The notes beneath the pieces are model-generated. The model ran no database searches, was not told where the DNA came from, and worked only from the letters and a program-made list of their open reading frames with translations. The position numbers and the translations under genes are program-made. Shown piece by piece: positions 58,012 through 64,000 of a stretch of DNA of 64,000 nt. Location: positions 17,463 to 81,462 of the forward strand of contig SVQI01000003.1 in the NCBI GenBank assembly GCA_015065455.1. The letters are read 5' to 3'. Source of the DNA: Oscillospiraceae bacterium (GTDB lineage: Bacteria; Bacillota; Clostridia; Oscillospirales; CAG-272). How positions within the stretch are numbered: position 1 is the first letter of the stretch; each line of letters opens with the position of its first letter.

Positions 58012-59430
58012 TCAATTCCATGATATTTCCTTTAATACAGGAATAAAATTGTCCCTTTCGGCTCTTGTTTCGATAACGTCTGCAAAGGTGTCGGGACTGT
58101 AATAATATTGATAACAAAAGAAGGCAACCCCAGTGCATTTATCTAAATTTTTTGTATATTCAAGGCATCTTTTTAAAATATCTGTATTGTTTTTCCATTC
58201 GTAAGCTCCGCTTCCCGCCCATTTATCATATTTTTCCTGAGCCTTGCCGAGTGTCAGGCCGATAATTAGCTTTACGTTTTTGTTTTTTACTACATCTTCC
58301 CATTTTTCACATGCTTTATCAAAAGGGAAGGCTTGGTGTTCAAATCCAAAATATACTTGAGGACAAATATAATCTATGTATCCATCATTTGAGCACCAGG
58401 TATATATATCGGCAAATGCATTATCTATGGAGTTTGTTATTATACCCTCGGGACTTATTCCGTAGAGTAATCTTGTGTCTACTGACTTAACTGTTGAATA
58501 AATTCCCGAAACGAGCTTGTTCAGGCAATTAAATCTGAATTCTCTTAAAGTCATAGTTCCGCCGTTTGATTTATAATCATTGTAGGCTGACATATCAAAA
58601 CTTTCAGATGTTGTGGGGTAAAAATAGTCGTCCATATGTACGCCGTCAATGTTGTATTTGGTTATAATCTCTTTAACACCGTTAATAATAAGCCCTCTTA
58701 CGTCTTCGTATGCGGGATTGAGGTAATATCTGTTATTGTATTCAACTAAATACGATCCATTTTTTTGTGTGTCGTTGTACCATTGTTTTATTTGGTATTT
58801 GTCATTAACTGATTTTATCTCCGAAGGTGTCATTGCACGTAACGGATTAAACCAACCGTGGACCGAAAGATTTATTTTGTGGGCTTCATCAACTATTATT
58901 TTTATGGGGTCATAAGAGAAATTGTTTGAATAATTTCCTGTTACGTACCTTGACGGCGGATAGTATTCTGATGGATAAAAGCTGTCAGCATAAGGACGAA
59001 GCTGAACGATGATAGTATTACAACCGCTTTCTTTTACGTTTTTTAATACCGTTTTTATTTTGTTTCTGAAATCAGTTTCGTTTCGCTGTGAATCATTATT
59101 TGTATATATAGAAAAAAAGTCAAATTGGCTAAGCCACATAGCCTTCATGTTTTTAAAATTTAAGACGTTTCTGTTGGGAGTATCAGGTGTGATAGGTTTC
59201 TCCGTTTCTTGTGGTGACTCCTCCGTGTCTTTTGGTAAATCAGTATCGATTTTTTGGTCGGTTTCTTCTGGTTTTTCTGTATATTCGGGGATAGAATCAA
59301 GTGTGTTTGTATTGTTTTGTGTTTGTATTGGGGGATTCTTGTTGTTTGACTGTAGGGTAGTAGTTTTAGTGCAGTTTGTAAATAATAACAGAGAAGAAAG
59401 AATTAAAAAAAGAAGCGCAATTTTTTTCAT
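58012..59430 (-). CDS. lipoprotein of the GHL10 / DUF187 (YngK-like glycoside-hydrolase-like TIM barrel) family
   Basis: Signal peptide plus lipobox LFTNC, a low-complexity T/Q/E/P linker, then the conserved MKAMWLS...VQLRPYADSFYPS...HGWFNP...DGVHMDDYFYP pattern. Confidence 0.7.
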   Translation of the reverse strand: MKKIALLFLILSSLLLFTNCTKTTTLQSNNKNPPIQTQNNTNTLDSIPEYTEKPEETDQKIDTDLPKDTEESPQETEKPITPDTPNRNVLNFKNMKAMWLSQFDFFSIYTNNDSQRNETDFRNKIKTVLKNVKESGCNTIIVQLRPYADSFYPSEYYPPSRYVTGNYSNNFSYDPIKIIVDEAHKINLSVHGWFNPLRAMTPSEIKSVNDKYQIKQWYNDTQKNGSYLVEYNNRYYLNPAYEDVRGLIINGVKEIITKYNIDGVHMDDYFYPTTSESFDMSAYNDYKSNGGTMTLREFRFNCLNKLVSGIYSTVKSVDTRLLYGISPEGIITNSIDNAFADIYTWCSNDGYIDYICPQVYFGFEHQAFPFDKACEKWEDVVKNKNVKLIIGLTLGKAQEKYDKWAGSGAYEWKNNTDILKRCLEYTKNLDKCTGVAFFCYQYYYSPDTFADVIETRAERDNFIPVLKEISWN

Positions 59431-59987
59431 AAATCTCCTTTGTCGTAATAATTTACTTGGCTTTTGTTTTTGTCAAGTACTTGTTTTTTCAGGCAATAAA
59501 AATAGTTCATACTAATAAAGTATTTATCTTTATCGTATCTTTTTACGGCCGTTGTAAGTTGGCTGAATGGATTTTTTACAACGTAAAGGACTATCCCATC
59601 GTCTTGTTTGTTGCTTGATACATCGATATGTCCTTCATCCTCTAAAAAGAATATATAAAAATAATTATTTTTAATCATTTTTGAAAAATATTTATTGCAT
59701 CTATGGTGTATAGAAAATGTGTAAAAACAAAAAGACAGTATCGCAACAATTATGACGGGCAATATAAATATAACAGCCGTGGCGTAAACAATAAAAAAAG
59801 TGCCTGTTTGAATCCATAGAAATGCTGTTCGCGCGTATCTGAATAACCTCCCCACGAATATATATTTTTTCAGGAATTTGTAAACACCTGAAACACGCAT
59901 TCCTATAGAAGTGTTTTTTGTTTGTTCTTTAAGATAGGCAAAATACGATTTATAGTTTAAAGGGTTTAATTTTTTCTCATCATTCAT
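59427..59987 (-). CDS. membrane protein (2 TM), function unknown
   Basis: 186 aa. 4-nt start/stop overlaps with both neighbours (ATGA at 59984-59987 and at 59427-59430). No family recognised. Confidence 0.55.
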   Translation of the reverse strand: MNDEKKLNPLNYKSYFAYLKEQTKNTSIGMRVSGVYKFLKKYIFVGRLFRYARTAFLWIQTGTFFIVYATAVIFILPVIIVAILSFCFYTFSIHHRCNKYFSKMIKNNYFYIFFLEDEGHIDVSSNKQDDGIVLYVVKNPFSQLTTAVKRYDKDKYFISMNYFYCLKKQVLDKNKSQVNYYDKGDL

Positions 59988-60754
59988 ATAAAGTAGTTTT
60001 TGTCAAAAAAATCTTTATATACACTTGGATTTCCGGCATAGACTGCCGAACGAGTATGTAAGGGGAGTTCGTTTTTATTTCCGTCCGTAATAACACCGCC
60101 TGCCTCTTTTACAATGATACTTCCTGCAGCATAATCCCAAGGGAATAGGCTGTATTCAAAAAACATATCATGTCTACCGCATGCAACGTAACATAAATCA
60201 AGAGCGGCAGAACCTGTACGTCTGACGTCTTCGCATTCAGGGAGAATCTTTGCTATTGTTTCACCTGTTTTTCTGTTGAGATCGGGATAATAGGGGGATG
60301 TACCGAAACAAACAAACGAATCCTTCAGACCGTTATCGGAAACCTGAATTTTTTCACCGTTCATAAATGCGCCTTTACCTTTTTCGGCATAGAAAATTTC
60401 TTTTAAATATGGGTGAATAATAACACCGCAGATTATTTCTCCATTTTTTGCAAGTGCTAACGAAATGGAGCTTTGTTTATATGAACGTCTGAAATTTGCT
60501 GTTCCGTCGATAGGGTCACAGATAAAGCAGAAATCAGTATAAGGATCGGTTTTGTCGCAGTCTTCTTCTTCGCCTAAAAACTTAATATCAGGATAATATG
60601 ATTCGAGTTTATCTTTTATGTAAGACTGAACTTTTTTATCGTAGATTGTTACAAAGTTTTTATCACCCTTTTTTTCAGTTTTTTCCTGAATATTTTCCGC
60701 TGTAAGCATAATTTCAGCAGCCTCTTTAATGATGTTGATCATTGTTTTTAACAT
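59984..60754 (-). CDS. inositol monophosphatase family protein (SuhB-like)
   Basis: LGEEE, ICDPIDGTANF and WDYAAGS motifs. The ATG at 60754 has AAGGGGA upstream; the track's 12-aa extension lacks an SD. Confidence 0.85.
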   Translation of the reverse strand: MLKTMINIIKEAAEIMLTAENIQEKTEKKGDKNFVTIYDKKVQSYIKDKLESYYPDIKFLGEEEDCDKTDPYTDFCFICDPIDGTANFRRSYKQSSISLALAKNGEIICGVIIHPYLKEIFYAEKGKGAFMNGEKIQVSDNGLKDSFVCFGTSPYYPDLNRKTGETIAKILPECEDVRRTGSAALDLCYVACGRHDMFFEYSLFPWDYAAGSIIVKEAGGVITDGNKNELPLHTRSAVYAGNPSVYKDFFDKNYFI

Positions 60755-60842
60755 AGTTTTAATCCCCTTATATATTATAATGTCTTTCAATCAATATTAT
60801 ATCATATCTAAGCTTCAATACAAGAAGGAGAGGTAAAAAATC

Positions 60843-60871
60843 TTGACAAAACCGTATGAAAATTATATAAT
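60843..60871 (+). promoter_or_regulatory. candidate sigma-A promoter of the topoisomerase B-subunit gene
   Basis: TTGACA (60843-60848), a 17-nt spacer, TATAAT (60866-60871). Confidence 0.55.
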
Positions 60872-60929
60872 ATTTGGGTAAAGCTGTATTATTTTTTGTG
60901 TGTATTTATGATTATTCGGAGGTTTTTAA

Positions 60930-62918
60930 ATGGCAGAGAAAAGGACAAGCTATGATAACAATAGTATATCAGCGCTCAGGGGTGAGGACAGAGTAAGACT
61001 CAGACCGGCTGTTATTTTCGGCTCCGACGGACTTGAAGGCTGTGAACATTCTGTTTTTGAGATATTATCAAACTCAGTTGACGAAGCCAGAGAGGGTTAC
61101 GGTGACAGGATCATAATTACAGTATACACCGATCATACTATCGAAATTGAGGACTTTGGACGCGGAGTTCCTATGGGTTATAACGAAAAAGAAAAGCGTT
61201 ATAACTGGGAACTTGTATATTGTGAGCTCTATGCCGGAAGTAAGTATAATAACAACACCGATGGCGCGTACGAGTATTCTTTGGGCACAAACGGGCTCGG
61301 TGCTTGTGCAACACAGTACAGCTCTGAGTTTATGAAGGTGCGTTCTTTTAACGGAAAAGAAGTATCTGAAATGAATTTCAAAAAGGGTAAGCCTCACGGT
61401 AAATTCAGTGTAAGAGAAATTGAAAAGAAAGAAAAAAAGCACGGAACTATTATAAAATGGCGTCCTGATATTGAAGTATTTACTGATATAAATATACCGC
61501 TTGAATATTTTACCGAAATATTGAAAAAACAGTCAGTTGTTAATGCAGGTATTAAATTCGAATTAAAATATGAAAACAGCGACGGTAAATTTGATTTATA
61601 CGAGTTTGTATATCCTAACGGAATTTCCGACTACGTTGTTGAACTTGCGGGAGATAATCCGCTTACACAACCTGTACTTTGGAGTTATGAAGACGAGGGA
61701 AGAGACAGAGAAGACAAAGATGATTACAAATTAAAGGCTGAAATCGCTTTTTGCGCTTCCAATACTTCGAGGGTTATTGAGTATTATCATAACTCGAGCT
61801 TTCTTGAGCATGGAGGTTCGCCTGATAAGGCTGTAAAGACGGCATTCGTTTATGAAATTGATAAATTCTTGAAAAATTCGGGTAAATATCTCAAGAACGA
61901 AAGCAAGATAAGCTTTAATGATGTTGAGGACTGTTTGGTTCTTGTTTCTAACAGTTTTTCAACTCAGACGTCGTATGCAAACCAAACAAAGAAAGCTATT
62001 AATAACCAATTTATAGCCGAAAGTATGACGAATTTCCTTAAAAGAAACCTCGAAGTATATTTTAAGGAAAAGCCTATTGAGGCAGAACGATTTGCAAATC
62101 AGGTTCTCGTAAACAAGAGAAGCCGTGAAAATGCCGAGAAAACAAGAGTAAATCTTAAGAAAAAACTTGCCGGAACTATGGATGTTGCAAACCGCGTTGA
62201 AAAATACGTTGATTGCAGAACAAAAGACGGCACCAAGCGTGAGTTGTATATAGTTGAGGGTGATTCGGCTATGGGCTCTTGTAAGCTCGGAAGAAACGCT
62301 GAATATCAGGCTATTATGCCTGTAAGAGGTAAGACTCTTAACTGTCTTAAGAGCACTTATGATAAGATATTTAAAAACGAGATCATTATAAATCTTCTTA
62401 AGGTAATTGGTTGCGGAGTTGAGATTACAACAAAAGTAAAAGGAGACGTTGTTCCTTTTGATTTTGATTCGCTAAACTGGTCAAAGATTATAATATGTAC
62501 TGATGCTGACGAAGACGGATTCCAGATCAGAACTTTGATTTTGACAATGTTTTACAGACTTCTCCCTACGCTTATCAAAGAGGGAAGAGTATATATTGCA
62601 GAATCTCCTTTGTTTGAAATAACCTCGGGAGACGATATATATTTTGCATATAACGAATCAGAAAAAAATGAGATTATAAAGAATCTTGGTAAATCAAGAT
62701 ATACCGTTCAGCGTTCTAAAGGTCTTGGTGAGAACCAGCCTGATATGATGTGGCAGACGACGATGAATCCTGCGACGCGAAGACTCATAAAGGTTGAACC
62801 TGCTGACGCTGCTGAAACAGAGAGGATTTTTGATACTCTTTTAGGAGATAATCTGACAGAAAGAAAGAAATTTATAACCCTTCACGGAAATGAATATTTA
62901 GCTGAAGCTGATATATAA
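60930..62918 (+). CDS. type IIA DNA topoisomerase subunit B (GyrB/ParE family); paralogue assignment unresolved
   Basis: GHKL ATPase (EILSNSVDEA, DFGRGVPM, GTNGLGA), Toprim (VEGDSAMGS, CTDADEDGFQI) and the KGLGE tail motif. GGAGG SD. Confidence 0.85.
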   Translation: MAEKRTSYDNNSISALRGEDRVRLRPAVIFGSDGLEGCEHSVFEILSNSVDEAREGYGDRIIITVYTDHTIEIEDFGRGVPMGYNEKEKRYNWELVYCELYAGSKYNNNTDGAYEYSLGTNGLGACATQYSSEFMKVRSFNGKEVSEMNFKKGKPHGKFSVREIEKKEKKHGTIIKWRPDIEVFTDINIPLEYFTEILKKQSVVNAGIKFELKYENSDGKFDLYEFVYPNGISDYVVELAGDNPLTQPVLWSYEDEGRDREDKDDYKLKAEIAFCASNTSRVIEYYHNSSFLEHGGSPDKAVKTAFVYEIDKFLKNSGKYLKNESKISFNDVEDCLVLVSNSFSTQTSYANQTKKAINNQFIAESMTNFLKRNLEVYFKEKPIEAERFANQVLVNKRSRENAEKTRVNLKKKLAGTMDVANRVEKYVDCRTKDGTKRELYIVEGDSAMGSCKLGRNAEYQAIMPVRGKTLNCLKSTYDKIFKNEIIINLLKVIGCGVEITTKVKGDVVPFDFDSLNWSKIIICTDADEDGFQIRTLILTMFYRLLPTLIKEGRVYIAESPLFEITSGDDIYFAYNESEKNEIIKNLGKSRYTVQRSKGLGENQPDMMWQTTMNPATRRLIKVEPADAAETERIFDTLLGDNLTERKKFITLHGNEYLAEADI

Positions 62919-62946
62919 TTAAATAAAAATATAAAGGAGACATATT

Positions 62947-63336
62947 ATGGAATTTTGGGATGAAGTTTATAAGAAGCTTTCGAGTGCTGCAAGTTACACA
63001 GCAAAGGAAACAGAAAAATACACAGAACTCGCAAAAATCAAATTTAATTTGATGAGAGAAAAAAGCAGACTTGAAGATGCCTATAAAAATATGGGTGAAC
63101 TCTATTATAACCAGATGAAAACATCTGACACAGATGAAAAGAAGATTTCACTTGCTTATGACAGAATAGAAAAAAGTATGATTGAAATCGAGAGACTTGA
63201 TTTGATGTTGGATGCGATCAACGATACAAAGATTTGTTCTGAATGTGGAGCAAGACTTGACAAAGCAATGGAATTTTGCCATAAATGCGGTGCAAAGCAG
63301 GAGTGCTGCACTGAAGAAAAGGTTGACGAAGAATAA
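62947..63336 (+). CDS. coiled-coil protein with a C-terminal zinc ribbon
   Basis: CSECGARL...FCHKCGAK (CxxC-N10-CxxC) after about 95 aa of predicted helix. AAAGGAGA SD. Confidence 0.6.
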   Translation: MEFWDEVYKKLSSAASYTAKETEKYTELAKIKFNLMREKSRLEDAYKNMGELYYNQMKTSDTDEKKISLAYDRIEKSMIEIERLDLMLDAINDTKICSECGARLDKAMEFCHKCGAKQECCTEEKVDEE

Positions 63337-63348
63337 TATTTCTAAATG

Positions 63349-63379
63349 AAAAAGAGCAACGTTAGTTGCTCTTTTTTTA
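63349..63379 (+). terminator. intrinsic terminator after the zinc-ribbon gene
   Basis: AAAGAGCAAC-GTTA-GTTGCTCTTTTTTT. Confidence 0.8.
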
Positions 63380-63384
63380 TGTAA

Positions 63385-63420
63385 AAAGAATATAGCCCCA
63401 CAGTTATATTGTGGAGCTGT
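63385..63420 (-). terminator. probable intrinsic terminator of the DUF378 gene
   Basis: The reverse strand reads CAGCTCCACAA-TATAA-CTGTGGGGCT (one mismatch) followed by ATATTCTTTTT. Confidence 0.5.
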
Positions 63421-63430
63421 ATTCGGATAT

Positions 63431-63640
63431 TTAGTTTTCTTCAAAAATGTCTTCTCGACTTCTGAAAAGAAGAGATACACACCAAAGTGCAGAAAGACCT
63501 ACGATGGTGTATACTATTCTACTTATAAGGTCGGCCTGACCGCCGAACAGCCAACTGACTATGTCAAATTTGAAAAGTCCGATGCTACCCCAGTTAAGTC
63601 CACCTACAATAAGCAAAACAAGAGAAATTCTGTCAAGCAT
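63431..63640 (-). CDS. DUF378 (YuzA-like) small membrane protein
   Basis: 69 aa. LLIVGGLNWGSIGLF.FD.V..LFGG is the DUF378 signature. AAGGAG SD. Confidence 0.75.
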   Translation of the reverse strand: MLDRISLVLLIVGGLNWGSIGLFKFDIVSWLFGGQADLISRIVYTIVGLSALWCVSLLFRSREDIFEEN

Positions 63641-63699
63641 TTTTTTCAGCTCCTTAATTTAAATTTTGAGCATTATTATGATTGACAGAATTAATAAAA

Positions 63700-64000
63700 T
63701 TATTCACCTTTTGTGGAGTTATCTTTTTCGATAGTGTTTATCACTATATTTCCAACACCGACGTGGGCATTGAAAACACAGGTGTTATTTTCGGATTCTT
63801 GCTTGAATTTTCCTTTGTAAGATTCGTTATTGTACTTAATAGTACCCGTTTCACTTTCAACGCTGTAATTATAGATACATTCGGATGGAGTTGTAAAATT
63901 AATATATCCGTTTTCTATAATTATTTGCGACGCGGAAATACACATATTATCAAGAGAAACATTGCCTGTTTTGATGTATGTTTTTACTAATGAAACGTTT
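63700..64000 (-). CDS. 3' part of a hypothetical N/S/T/G-rich (probably secreted, beta-rich) protein; the gene runs off the right edge
   Basis: The reverse frame stays open from the TAA at 63700-63702 to the window end. My translation upstream of the track Met is NVSLVKTYIKTGNVSLDN-MCISASQ... No family recognised. Confidence 0.45.
   Translation of the reverse strand, partial: NVSLVKTYIKTGNVSLDNMCISASQIIIENGYINFTTPSECIYNYSVESETGTIKYNNESYKGKFKQESENNTCVFNAHVGVGNIVINTIEKDNSTKGE

Noticed and set aside
59009-59515. 168-aa plus-strand ORF.
   Set aside because: It lies entirely antisense to the well-supported GHL10 lipoprotein gene, has typical shadow-ORF composition (F/S/V-rich) and has no SD.
63682-63990. 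102-aa plus-strand ORF at the right edge.
   Set aside because: It is F/V/I-rich with no SD. The opposite strand carries a frame that stays open to the window edge, has plausible composition and is co-directional with DUF378, so I called the minus-strand partial CDS instead.
1-64000. Searched by eye for CRISPR arrays, tandem or interspersed repeats, IS elements or transposases, integrases, phage genes, toxin-antitoxin pairs and known defence-system genes.
   Set aside because: None seen. Gene content is contiguous core metabolism and replication/repair. The only repeats are terminator hairpins and the low-complexity coding stretches noted below.

Overview
This is a dense 64-kb chromosomal segment, almost entirely housekeeping, from a low-GC spore-forming Firmicute. 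The Clostridia-like signature is an alpha/beta SASP, RapZ-WhiA, GlgC+GlgD, AddAB, RqcH and a class-I BirA. I call 57 CDS (2 cut by the window edges), one tRNA-Leu(CAA), one ZTP (pfl-motif) riboswitch with its terminator expression platform, about a dozen near-consensus sigma-A promoters and about a dozen intrinsic terminators. Gene order: nfnA-like (partial, -); tRNA-Leu; birA; oadG-BCCP-carboxyltransferase (-); an 8-gene aromatic amino-acid supraoperon (pheA-aroB-aroC-aroE/K fusion-aroQ-aroA-tyrA-DAHP synthase); a minus-strand 4-gene operon (epimerase-like, 4-TM protein, PqqD-like protein, S26-like peptidase); nusB-(TsaD-like)-xseAB-ispA-tlyA-nadK-argR-recN; murB; rapZ-whiA; dnaE; a class A PBP; tspO; an HPr-like gene; a lipoprotein and membrane-protein pair; malQ (-) and glgC-glgD-glgA-glgP-GH13; ZTP riboswitch-pflB-pflA; SASP; rqcH-addB-addA; a minus-strand block (suhB-like, membrane protein, GHL10 lipoprotein, HAD-IIA, thyA, folA); a type IIA topoisomerase B subunit; a zinc-ribbon protein; DUF378; and a partial ORF. 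I saw no rRNA, CRISPR array, IS or transposase, integrase, prophage or recognisable defence genes. I did not find a convincing large novel system. The best candidate for undescribed biology is the tightly coupled orphan PqqD-like (RRE) plus S26-type peptidase module at 11943-14257. The other findings are locus-architecture oddities of modest interest. All family calls rest on motifs I recognise by eye in the translations; no database search was possible.
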